Part shown: positions 28,250 to 36,393 of the stretch, piece after piece
Layout: each line of letters opens with the position of its first letter
How positions within the stretch are numbered: the first letter of the stretch is position 1
Virus record (IMG/VR): IMGVR_UViG_3300045241_000217
Location: 32,001-96,000 of that record
Direction: 5' to 3' (one strand)
Source: a virus
DNA length: 64,000 nt
The notes under the pieces: generated by a model
What the model was told of the DNA's origin: nothing
Database searches by the model: none
The model's input: the letters and a program-made list of their open reading frames with translations, nothing else
Made by a program: the position numbers and the translations under genes

Positions 28250-29356
28250 TCACGCTGCCGTCCCACGGACCCCTTTGAAGTACGCGCGCAGCGACTTGAT
28301 CTTCGCGTGGATCTGATCGCGGTAATCTTTGATTCTCGCGCCGTACCCCGTAAACTCAGGACTGCTCGTCGTATTTACGGATTGGCTGATCCCGTCGAGG
28401 CTCAGGCTCAGGCTCGCGATGCCGGCGCCGCCGAGCATGTCGCCAAAGATGTTGAGCGGGCCCATCGAGGCGCCCATGCCTATCACCTCGATGATGTCGC
28501 GCGGACATTGGCCGCGCCCGAAGCCCGCCGTGTACGTCACGTGGAAGAGTTGCGGCAGCGACTCCATCCCGTAGCCGAGCGCGGGGAGGAAGCTACCGCC
28601 GGCGCCGACGACGAAGTTGCTGATCGTTCCGGCCGTCGCGACGATCTGGAGGTGTCCGTGGGTCTTGTCGAGCCGGAACCACTCAGTCGGGAACGTCACA
28701 ACGGTCTGGCCGCTCGGGTACTGGATCGTGAAGTCGTCCACCGAGATCACGGGGTAGTTGTCGAGTTGGAGGAAGCAGAACTCGTTGTAGTCGTCGCGGT
28801 GGTAGTCGTGGTCCTCGCTGAACTGCGTCGGCAGGATCGCGATGTCCAGATCGGTCTCGAGCCCGCGGATGGCCGCGAGGATGTAGTGCTGGAAGGTCGA
28901 GTCCTTCATCCGCTGGTTCTGATCGTTGGTGAGGTCCACGCCGAAGAAGTAGCGGTCGATCAAGTCCTCTACCGAGAGCAGCCCCCGCAGCGCCAGGCCG
29001 GCACCGACGATGGGCTCGCTCGGCTCGCTGAGCGGGTCCTCGTCGAACTTGGGGTCCGTGTTCATGTAGCGGGTGCGGTAGAGGAAGGCCGCGTCGCCCC
29101 GTCGGTCGATCATCCGGTACGTCTGCTTGTCCGCGGAGAGTGCTGGGCGCTGGTCGGGCGAGGTGATCTCGTGCCAGGTGAGCCCGACGTCGTCCGAGCG
29201 CTCGAGCACGGCGCGGTTGAAGCCCGCCCCGATGACGTCGGCGATGCCGGTGTCCGTGATGTCCACCGTGATCACGGTGCCGATGCGGCCGCTCTCGATG
29301 GCTGGGCTGGTCGCGTTCTCGACGGGGAGGATGAGCTGGTGCCGGTCGTTCGCCAT
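28250..29356 (-). CDS. Head-tail adaptor protein
   Basis: YFFG-x-DL, L-x-x-YPVISV, V-x-YTAGF, GIAS-x-S-x-S-x-DG-x-SQS...YGARI. Confidence 0.8.
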   Translation of the reverse strand: MANDRHQLILPVENATSPAIESGRIGTVITVDITDTGIADVIGAGFNRAVLERSDDVGLTWHEITSPDQRPALSADKQTYRMIDRRGDAAFLYRTRYMNTDPKFDEDPLSEPSEPIVGAGLALRGLLSVEDLIDRYFFGVDLTNDQNQRMKDSTFQHYILAAIRGLETDLDIAILPTQFSEDHDYHRDDYNEFCFLQLDNYPVISVDDFTIQYPSGQTVVTFPTEWFRLDKTHGHLQIVATAGTISNFVVGAGGSFLPALGYGMESLPQLFHVTYTAGFGRGQCPRDIIEVIGMGASMGPLNIFGDMLGGAGIASLSLSLDGISQSVNTTSSPEFTGYGARIKDYRDQIHAKIKSLRAYFKGVRGTAA

Positions 29357-29430
29357 GCCCGAGAGTAGCGCGACCGGGGGCGCGTGATATCCCTGGTGGG
29401 CGACACGAGTCGCAGGAACGGATGGGTTCG

Positions 29431-29613
29431 ATGGACGACTGGTTCGACAAGATCGGAGAAGCCGAGGATCGCGGCAACGACTGGACGGTCAGGTGCCGTG
29501 TCGCGTTCGGCGTGAGCAGCGTCGCTCGTTCCGCCGGCAGGTGGGTCACCGGCAAGGGTCGCTCGTTCGGCGAGGCTCTCGCCAACGCGCACGCAGAAGC
29601 GAGGTCGCGGTGA
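29431..29613 (+). CDS. Hypothetical protein
   Basis: Divergent cassette; GTGA-coupled downstream. Confidence 0.45.
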   Translation: MDDWFDKIGEAEDRGNDWTVRCRVAFGVSSVARSAGRWVTGKGRSFGEALANAHAEARSR

Positions 29614-29954
29614 GCGACACCGTTCACGCGGGCAAGACCTACCGGCGCCTCATGGCGCGCGTCACCGAGGAGGCTCGGGTCCGGATGGAGGACCACGGGC
29701 TGATCCTCGTGACGCTCGGGTTCCAGCACGAGACGGGCTCGCAAGAGATCGCGCCGTGCTTCTCGCCGAAGCGGCAGAACGAGCTCGCGGCCGCGATGCA
29801 CGTATTCCTCCGGCTCCGCGCGTTCCCGAAGGGGTGGACGGGCTACGTGCTCCAAGAGGACGGTCTGATCCGCGGGCTCGAAGCGCTGGAGCTCGACGGC
29901 AGCAAGATCGTGATGCTCCACGACATGATCCTGGAGTGCGAGGCGTTGCCGTGA
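29610..29954 (+). CDS. Hypothetical protein
   Basis: GAGG SD, GTGA coupling, high GC3. Confidence 0.55.
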   Translation: MSDTVHAGKTYRRLMARVTEEARVRMEDHGLILVTLGFQHETGSQEIAPCFSPKRQNELAAAMHVFLRLRAFPKGWTGYVLQEDGLIRGLEALELDGSKIVMLHDMILECEALP

Positions 29955-30295
29955 CGCACCGAGGCCTGCACCACGCACCACCACCCCCCGCGTTCGAGGC
30001 TGCGATGAACTCGGCGCGAGAGTCCGACGCCACCGCAAAGGAGCACCGGATGCTCGCCGAGCGCGCGACGTTCGCCGCATCCATCCGCTCAACGGGCGGC
30101 GAGTGCCAGTGCGACGAGTACGGGATCTTCCGGCTCACGCTCCGCGACGGGCGCGTCTTCCGCCGCATCGGCATGCACGGGTGGGGTGGGATCTTTCGCC
30201 GACCACGACCGCGCGAACCGATGCGTCGGTCTCGGTCAGCGTGGCCGGGCGAAGGTGCGATCCACTCTTGGGATCGATCGCGATCATCCGGAGCA

Positions 30296-30475
30296 TCACG
30301 ACGACACCGCCACAAGGCTCGCGTAGACGAAGACGCCTTCCACGCGCACGAGTTTGGCGGTGCCCTTGCGGATGAGAGCGCGGACGGCGCGCTTCTGTTC
30401 GGGCTCGCCGAAGTTCGCCGCGATCCCCTGATCCGCTGCGCACCGAAGAACCGCCAACACCTGCTTCGTCATCAT
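30296..30475 (-). CDS. Small hypothetical protein (MMTKQVLAVLRC...), not in the ORF track
   Basis: GAGG SD; 59 aa; downstream of the structured RNA. Confidence 0.45.
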   Translation of the reverse strand: MMTKQVLAVLRCAADQGIAANFGEPEQKRAVRALIRKGTAKLVRVEGVFVYASLVAVSS

Positions 30476-30479
30476 CGCC

Positions 30480-30775
30480 TCTCGTCTCCTGCCCGCTCAG
30501 TGCGGACGAGACGATGCTTTGCAGCGTGCATGCCACCCCAGGATCTTGCGGAGATCTGCGAGAGCACGCGACCGATGCTCGACGGTGGTTCACGCGCCAA
30601 CGCGTCGCGCTGATGCCGCGTTCAGGACGACGTGTCGCAGTGGTCCGAGGTGTAGAGAGAGCGAGCGAAGCACCTTTCGGGTCGGGCAACCGTTTCCGGC
30701 TTCTACGTCCATCAGGACCTAGCCCGCTCCATCGCACGCTCTCTGCACCCCTCGGACGAGGTGTTCGGCCGTGAG
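30480..30775 (-). ncRNA. Candidate structured RNA (unknown family)
   Basis: Long imperfect stem 30643-30757 closing a multibranch with GAAA tetraloops; TAGGCT -10 at 30782-30787. Confidence 0.5.
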
Positions 30776-30792
30776 GAGGAGAGCCTAGCCGA

Positions 30793-31368
30793 TCACGCGA
30801 CGTCGGACACGGGGATGAGCGGTAGCTGCGCCTTGCTCACGAGCTTGGCCGCGCGCCGCTCGCGCTTCTCCTGCTCTTCGCGCCGGAGGCGCTCACTGAA
30901 CGATTCCCAGATCCCCAGTGTGGGATCGAAGAACGAACCGCACTCGTGGCGCCGGCACGCACTCTGGAGCATGAGGCGCTCGCATCGCATCGCGTGCACG
31001 TCGAGCTCGCGCTCGGGCGCGACCCTCACCACCGCCACGATGTCTCGCGGGTGCGCCTCGAGGAACCCGCACCACTCCGGGATGTCCCGGATGCCGAGCA
31101 GGCCAGCGGGCGCGAGGTAGTAGCGCTGCTCGCCCATGCCGCTGCTCGGGCTGGCCATCCACGGCTTCTTGCGGTCGGCTCGGAAGTCGGCCCGCGAGAC
31201 CTTGGCCTCGATGACGGTCGAGCGCCCCTCGCGCCAGCCGATGACGTCCGGCTGCTCGCCCGCGTTCGTCACCATCTCGGCGAAGACGAGCCCGCACGGT
31301 CCGCCCTGCTCGTACCGGCGCCTGCGGAGCCACCGCACGCCGAGCTGCACGAGGAGCGCGTGGTTCAC
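30793..31368 (-). CDS. PD-(D/E)xK restriction-like nuclease (MmcB-like)
   Basis: E...EQPDVIGW...VIEAKVSRADF-x-x-D-x-x-K...G-x-x-RYYL. Confidence 0.7.
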   Translation of the reverse strand: MNHALLVQLGVRWLRRRRYEQGGPCGLVFAEMVTNAGEQPDVIGWREGRSTVIEAKVSRADFRADRKKPWMASPSSGMGEQRYYLAPAGLLGIRDIPEWCGFLEAHPRDIVAVVRVAPERELDVHAMRCERLMLQSACRRHECGSFFDPTLGIWESFSERLRREEQEKRERRAAKLVSKAQLPLIPVSDVA

Positions 31369-31817
31369 GGATGAAGATCTCCGCGGGACCACGGGTTGTC
31401 CTCCGTCGAGAACTGCTTGCGACCACGGCCCTTCTTGATCATGTCTCGCGAGTTGTCAGCAGCCGTTCCCGCGAACAGGTGATCCGGGTTGCAGCACGGC
31501 GGGTTGTCGCACTTGTGCAGGACGAAGGGCTTGTCCGCTGGGACGCGGCCATGGACGAGGATCCACGCGAGACGATGCGCCTGCTGCAAGCGTCGGCCGT
31601 CCCAGGCGCGACCGTACTCGTGTCCAACGCGTGGGTCGCGATCGCCGGTCCACAGCCAGCACGGCGTTCCCAGCGTCGAATGGTTCGGCCCGCCCTTGTC
31701 GACCTTCGACCAGAAACGCTCCGCCGTCGTGAGTCTCGACGTCCGGCCGACGCACGGATGACATCTAACTCCCCAGCACGGGGTAGCGCACGAAACGCAC
31801 GGTGACAGCTTCGCCAT
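31365..31817 (-). CDS. HNH homing endonuclease
   Basis: FWSKVDK...CWLWTG...AHR...VLHKCDNPPCCNPDHL...DN. Confidence 0.9.
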   Translation of the reverse strand: MAKLSPCVSCATPCWGVRCHPCVGRTSRLTTAERFWSKVDKGGPNHSTLGTPCWLWTGDRDPRVGHEYGRAWDGRRLQQAHRLAWILVHGRVPADKPFVLHKCDNPPCCNPDHLFAGTAADNSRDMIKKGRGRKQFSTEDNPWSRGDLHP

Positions 31818-32603
31818 CTACGCGACCTGATGCGTTCGGAGTCGTTCCGCGAAATCGGCCAGAACCGGCTCCATCGCGGGCGTGAGAAAGTTGTTCGCCC
31901 AGCCGATCATCGCGTGCACGGGCTCCCCCTCGTTGATGAACTCGGCCAGGTGCGCGGTGAGCTCCCCGGTCGTCTTGCTGCGGAACCCGCCCGCGCCGTC
32001 CTTCGCATACAGCCCGAAGTTCGGGACCTCCACCGCGTGCGATCCGGTGAGCGCGATCTCGCGACCGAACACGCCGATGGACTCGTCGATCGTTTCGTCG
32101 TCCGTGTAGGTCTGACCTCCGACGAAGTCCACGCCGACCTTGAGGAACGCGCGGAGAGGAAACCACGCCGGAACACCGCCGAAGGTGCTGAGCCCCACGC
32201 TCTTCGCTCCGTGCGCGCGCAGGCCGCTCACGATGATGCGCGCCGAGTCGTTCGGGCCGTCCATGTCGTGCGGATCCCGCTTGGGGTTCATCCCGAGCTC
32301 GGGGTCGAGCAGGTGGAGCGCGTCGTCTCCCGCGCACTCGACCATGGCCTGCACGAAGAGCTTCTCGTTCCCGAGCCACGGGTAGCCCCAGAAGTAGGGG
32401 ACAATGCCCACGTCGCGCATGGCCTTCGCGAGCTCGCGGCAGCGCGCTGGGCTGTTCAGGTAGCGCTGGGCGACCGGCGAGTCCTGCCAGACGGCGCCGA
32501 TCGCGGCCCACGAGAGACCGATGCGCTTGAAGCGCTGCGCGAGCGCGGCTGCGGGATCGTTGTTGTGCCGCACGTAGAGCGCGGTTCCCTTGGGGACGCT
32601 CAT
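31818..32603 (-). CDS. Putative endolysin (glycoside-hydrolase TIM-barrel-like)
   Basis: WGY, DPE, GLSTF...FP...F...QTY motifs; at the end of the membrane-gene cluster. Confidence 0.5.
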   Translation of the reverse strand: MSVPKGTALYVRHNNDPAAALAQRFKRIGLSWAAIGAVWQDSPVAQRYLNSPARCRELAKAMRDVGIVPYFWGYPWLGNEKLFVQAMVECAGDDALHLLDPELGMNPKRDPHDMDGPNDSARIIVSGLRAHGAKSVGLSTFGGVPAWFPLRAFLKVGVDFVGGQTYTDDETIDESIGVFGREIALTGSHAVEVPNFGLYAKDGAGGFRSKTTGELTAHLAEFINEGEPVHAMIGWANNFLTPAMEPVLADFAERLRTHQVA

Positions 32604-32827
32604 GCTGCACCTCGCGCTTCCGGGCTCCGCGTGGTCTCGTGGAGCATCGCGTTGTGCCGACGTGTCTGCTCGCACTTGGCTTCCACGAAGCCGCAGTCGC
32701 AGGTGCTGCGTCCTTCCGACCAGAGATGCTTGCAGTGACCTGCATGCCCGCGGTGGAGGGTCGTTTCGAGCTGCTCATCGGTCGCTTGGCGCGCAGCCTC
32801 GACCCTCGCGTGTCGGTCCATGCGCAC
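32600..32827 (-). CDS. Small Cys/His protein
   Basis: H-x-x-x-C...CDCG; ATGA-coupled. Confidence 0.4.
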   Translation of the reverse strand: MRMDRHARVEAARQATDEQLETTLHRGHAGHCKHLWSEGRSTCDCGFVEAKCEQTRRHNAMLHETTRSPEARGAA

Positions 32828-32851
32828 GAATGTAGCCCAGACCGCCGGTTT

Positions 32852-33040
32852 TCACCAAAGACGGGGGTTGAGCGCGTGGCCCTCTCCGAGGAACCCACCG
32901 GCCAACCACAGCACCACGACCACGATGACCACGACGTAGATCACCTTCTTGATCGTCGGATCGATGGCCGGGAACTGCGAGAGCGCCCAGAGCAGCACGC
33001 CCACCACGACGAGCACGAGCAGCAGCGCAAAGAGTGTCAT
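32852..33040 (-). CDS. Two-TM small membrane protein (possible holin)
   Basis: Two hydrophobic helices joined by P-x-IDPTIK. Confidence 0.65.
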   Translation of the reverse strand: MTLFALLLVLVVVGVLLWALSQFPAIDPTIKKVIYVVVIVVVVLWLAGGFLGEGHALNPRLW

Positions 33041-33074
33041 GCGCTCCGAGGGAGCAACGACCGCGCCTCACGAA

Positions 33075-33491
33075 TCACGACGCTTCCGCGTCTCGGTGGG
33101 ACACCCGCGTCTCAGGGGTGTGGCGCGCGCGGCGGATCTTCGTCGGTCCGAGGCAGGAGCGCCGAGTCGAGGTACCCGCCGCGAAGGTTTCTCGCGAGGC
33201 GCTCGGCTCGGCCCTCTGGCAGGTGGACTGCGATGTACGGATGGGCGGTGAGCCCGTCGCGCTCCACCAGCGACGAGACGTAGCGGCGACCCTCGGGGCG
33301 CTCTCGATATCCGCCTCGGGCTGGTACGCACCAGCGCAGACCTGGATCGGAAGGTCGCTCGCGGCGAAGCCCGGCGTCTCGGCCATGAGCCCCGGCTCGG
33401 TGTGCGTGGTCACCCCGTAGATGATCAGCGCGATCACGAGGACGGTGAAGCCGATGATGATGCCGAGGAAGATCTTGCCGGAGGTGCTCAT
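33075..33491 (-). CDS. N-terminal TM protein, possibly frameshifted or fused remnant
   Basis: Coding-like first ~63 codons, then the coding signal appears to switch frame. Confidence 0.4.
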   Translation of the reverse strand: MSTSGKIFLGIIIGFTVLVIALIIYGVTTHTEPGLMAETPGFAASDLPIQVCAGAYQPEADIESAPRVAATSRRWWSATGSPPIRTSQSTCQRAEPSASRETFAAGTSTRRSCLGPTKIRRARHTPETRVSHRDAEAS

Positions 33492-33506
33492 CCGCCGATG
33501 GTGGGC

Positions 33507-34064
33507 CTACCGGAGCGCTCCGGCAATGAGGCCCACGACGGCCCCGCCGAGGACGGCGCCCACGATGGTCCAGAGCAGTGGGCTCTCCCAGAACCCTCGG
33601 TCATTCGCGTGCGCCTGCGACGTCGCGAGCGCGGCACCAAGCTCGGTGGCTCGAGCACGCCAGAGCTCGTCGCGCAGCGAGACCCGCTCCTCGCACGCAG
33701 TGGTACGCGCGTGCTCCTGGTCGAGGCGGAGCGAGAGCGTCTGCGCGTCCATCGCGATGGTGGCGCCGAGTCGGTAGGCCAGGCGCTCGATGGTCTGCCG
33801 CCATGCCACGAGATCGTCGTCGAGGATGAGCATGCCGGCGTGCGGAGCTCGGTCGCCCGCGTCGAGCGCGAGGATCTCGCCCGTGACGGGTAGCTGCACG
33901 TCGGGGACGGTGAGCGGCGCTGGCGCGGTCGCAGGCGTGTCCTGCGCGTGAGCCAGCGAAGCGTGCTCGCACTCGGTGGCCAGGAACGAGAGCAGCACGC
34001 ACCCCGCCACGAGCACGTAGAACCACGGATCGGTGAACGGATCGTTCGCGCGGCCGCGCTTCAT
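33507..34064 (-). CDS. Membrane protein, spanin-like
   Basis: N-terminal TM/signal, coiled coil, C-terminal TM. Confidence 0.55.
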   Translation of the reverse strand: MKRGRANDPFTDPWFYVLVAGCVLLSFLATECEHASLAHAQDTPATAPAPLTVPDVQLPVTGEILALDAGDRAPHAGMLILDDDLVAWRQTIERLAYRLGATIAMDAQTLSLRLDQEHARTTACEERVSLRDELWRARATELGAALATSQAHANDRGFWESPLLWTIVGAVLGGAVVGLIAGALR

Positions 34065-34426
34065 CGGATCCCCGCGTCGGTCTTGAGGACCTCGTTGAAC
34101 GATGAGAGCCATGCGGCCACCGCTCGACGTCCGCCGCGACGAGCCTCGTCGTACTCCGCCTGCTGCTGCTCGTTGAACTGGTCGATCGAACGCTGGTTGC
34201 GCTCCTCGAGCTCGCGGATGGCCTGCTCGTCGGCCTGCACCGCCCCGTCGAGCTGGCCGGCAATGACGGCCTCCCCGGGCCCGGCATCAATCTCCACGCT
34301 GGGCACGACGATCGGCGCACGCGAGGAGCACGAGCGGATCGCGAGGCCCCCGAGCACGGCGCCGAGGATGACGGCCACGACGACGGCGATGACGATGAGC
34401 TTGGTGGTGTCCAGCGGTGTCTTCAC
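34061..34426 (-). CDS. i-spanin-like membrane protein
   Basis: N-terminal TM followed by coiled coil; coupled to neighbours. Confidence 0.55.
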   Translation of the reverse strand: MKTPLDTTKLIVIAVVVAVILGAVLGGLAIRSCSSRAPIVVPSVEIDAGPGEAVIAGQLDGAVQADEQAIRELEERNQRSIDQFNEQQQAEYDEARRGGRRAVAAWLSSFNEVLKTDAGIR

Positions 34427-34926
34427 GGCTTCGTCTCCGGCTCGATCTCGTCGGCGAGAGAGGTCTCCCGGCTCGGGTCCGGATCGGTGGGCCGCTGCTC
34501 GCGAGAGGCTCCGCCTCGGAACGGTCCTCGTGGGGTCGTGTCCGGATCACGCTCCTCGACCGGCGGTGACACGTGCGGCACGCGTGTGACGCGCACGGTC
34601 GCCGTGGCTGTCGTGGTGCCAGTGCTCGGGCTCTTCGAGTCCGGCTCCTTGTTCGCGACCATCGGCCGCATGAATGGCGCGATGAACCCGTGGATCGCCA
34701 TCCCGAGCATCGGAAGCCCGACACCGAGGATCGTGCTCCACGGCAGGCTGAAGAACTTGTCCTGCGTGTGCTCCGGCACGAGCGTCAGGAACCCGATCGG
34801 CAGAGCAGCCGAGCAGACCAGGAACGTGGCGAACAAGAACACCTGCGGCCAGTGCAGCCGCTCGATCCATCCGGCCACCGCGCGCGCCTGCTCCGCCTGA
34901 GCGGCCTGCTTCTCTTCGTCGGTCAC
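34423..34926 (-). CDS. Two-TM membrane protein (holin-like)
   Basis: GGAGG SD; two TMs and a polar tail. Confidence 0.55.
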   Translation of the reverse strand: MTDEEKQAAQAEQARAVAGWIERLHWPQVFLFATFLVCSAALPIGFLTLVPEHTQDKFFSLPWSTILGVGLPMLGMAIHGFIAPFMRPMVANKEPDSKSPSTGTTTATATVRVTRVPHVSPPVEERDPDTTPRGPFRGGASREQRPTDPDPSRETSLADEIEPETKP

Positions 34927-34976
34927 AAGAGCCCTCCCGGAGAAGGCTCAAGGATGCCACGGACGGGCGTGGCGGG

Positions 34977-35543
34977 TCAGCCGGGCTTCTTGATCGTCGG
35001 ATCGGTGGTGCGCCGGTCGAGCTCGGAGACCTTGATGCGCAGCGCGCGCACCTGCTCCGCAGCCGCGGCTGCGTCCTGCGCGGCGAGGGTTGCCTTTCGC
35101 TCGGCCTCCGCGTGCTTGCCCTGCGATTCCCGGTCGCGCTCCTCGCACGCCTTCAGCGAAGCCGCGGTCTCCGCCTGAACGGTTTCCACGACCGTTACGC
35201 GCTCCACCGCCTCACTCGCCATGGCGGTGGCCTTCTGGACCTCTTCCATGCACTCGCCGTGAGCCGCTCGAGCTGCGTCCTCCCCGCGCGTACGGGTGTC
35301 GAGCGTGGTCTGCAACGTCGTGATGAGCTTGCCCATCCCGTCCAGAAGCATCGCTTTCTCGGCGACGGCGGCTGCGACAGCATCCGTCTTGGCCTTGGCC
35401 TCGGCGTCCGAGTCCACCTTCGCGCGCTCAGTCCCGGCCTTCCGGAACTCGACGATGCGCCCCAGGACGACGCCGATCCCACCGCCACCGAGGAGAGTGC
35501 CCACGGCGGTGGTACCCAGCACGACCCAGTCCGTCATGATCAC
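34977..35543 (-). CDS. TM plus coiled-coil protein (lysis cluster)
   Basis: N-terminal GGGG-containing TM and long coiled coil. Confidence 0.6.
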   Translation of the reverse strand: MIMTDWVVLGTTAVGTLLGGGGIGVVLGRIVEFRKAGTERAKVDSDAEAKAKTDAVAAAVAEKAMLLDGMGKLITTLQTTLDTRTRGEDAARAAHGECMEEVQKATAMASEAVERVTVVETVQAETAASLKACEERDRESQGKHAEAERKATLAAQDAAAAAEQVRALRIKVSELDRRTTDPTIKKPG

Positions 35544-35590
35544 GAATCCTTCTCACGCGAGGGTGGGGCGCGCGTGTCGCAGCGTGACGA

Positions 35591-36013
35591 TCAGGACGCA
35601 GCCGGATCGGCGGCGGGATCGGGCGTGGGGTCGCTGCCGACGCGGCGGTAGCTCTGCTCTCCGTTGAGCACCGCCTCGCCCGGCTTCGCCAGTTCGGCGA
35701 GCTTCTCCAAGGCGGCCTTCACCTCGTCCTCGCGACGCTTCTTGCCCACCGCGGAGAGCTTGAGCGTGAACTCGCCCGTCTCCATGTTCTGGTGGATCAC
35801 GTCCCACGCGCCGCGGTCGGTGATCTCCACGGCGATGCGCTCGTTGATCGCCTGAATCACCTGGTTGGACGCCTGCACGTTCTGCTGCGCGAGCGTCACG
35901 CCCTGCTGCGCGGCGATGAACTCGGCGTTCGCCTTGCCGGCGCGAAGCTCGGCCACCTCCATCTTGTGGCGGAGCTCCTCGGGGACCACGATCGTCTTCG
36001 TCTCTTCGCTCAT
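35591..36013 (-). CDS. Hypothetical coiled-coil protein
   Basis: Start re-called to MSEETK; high GC3. Confidence 0.6.
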   Translation of the reverse strand: MSEETKTIVVPEELRHKMEVAELRAGKANAEFIAAQQGVTLAQQNVQASNQVIQAINERIAVEITDRGAWDVIHQNMETGEFTLKLSAVGKKRREDEVKAALEKLAELAKPGEAVLNGEQSYRRVGSDPTPDPAADPAAS

Positions 36014-36057
36014 CTTCCGGGCCTTCCTGATTGCGAGTCTGCGGGGGGAACTGCGGG

Positions 36058-36390
36058 TCACTTCTTGACGGGCGCGGCTTCTTCGGCCTGCGCCGCCTCG
36101 GCCACAACGGCGACCTCGGCCGCCTTCGCGTCGGCGTTCGCCTTCTCGCTCGCCGCCACCGCACGAGCGCGCACGAGCGCCAGCGTGGCCTCGCGCTCGA
36201 CCGGAGCGAGTGTCGCCACGTCCTTGCCCGCGATGGCGTCGGCCGCTGCCTTCTCATCGAGCTTGTCGAGGAGCCGGAAACACGCGTCCGCGCGATCGAG
36301 CGCCGCGAGGCACTCGTCGAGCGTGTCGCCTGCCGGGATGGTGTCGCGTGCGGCGGAGCGGAGAGCTTGGGACTGTTCGAGCAGGGTCAT
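36058..36390 (-). CDS. Hypothetical Ala-rich protein
   Basis: GAGGTG SD; follows the fibre gene. Confidence 0.6.
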   Translation of the reverse strand: MTLLEQSQALRSAARDTIPAGDTLDECLAALDRADACFRLLDKLDEKAAADAIAGKDVATLAPVEREATLALVRARAVAASEKANADAKAAEVAVVAEAAQAEEAAPVKK

Positions 36391-36393
36391 TGG

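Noticed and set aside
29951-30613. Long plus-strand ORF
   Set aside because: Only the 5' third looks coding; the rest overlaps minus-strand small ORFs and the structured RNA, so boundaries cannot be supported
30670-30720. Hammerhead ribozyme (CTGATG...GAAA on the minus strand)
   Set aside because: The core reads CTGATGG rather than CTGANGA and sits inside a hairpin; the GAAAs are tetraloops
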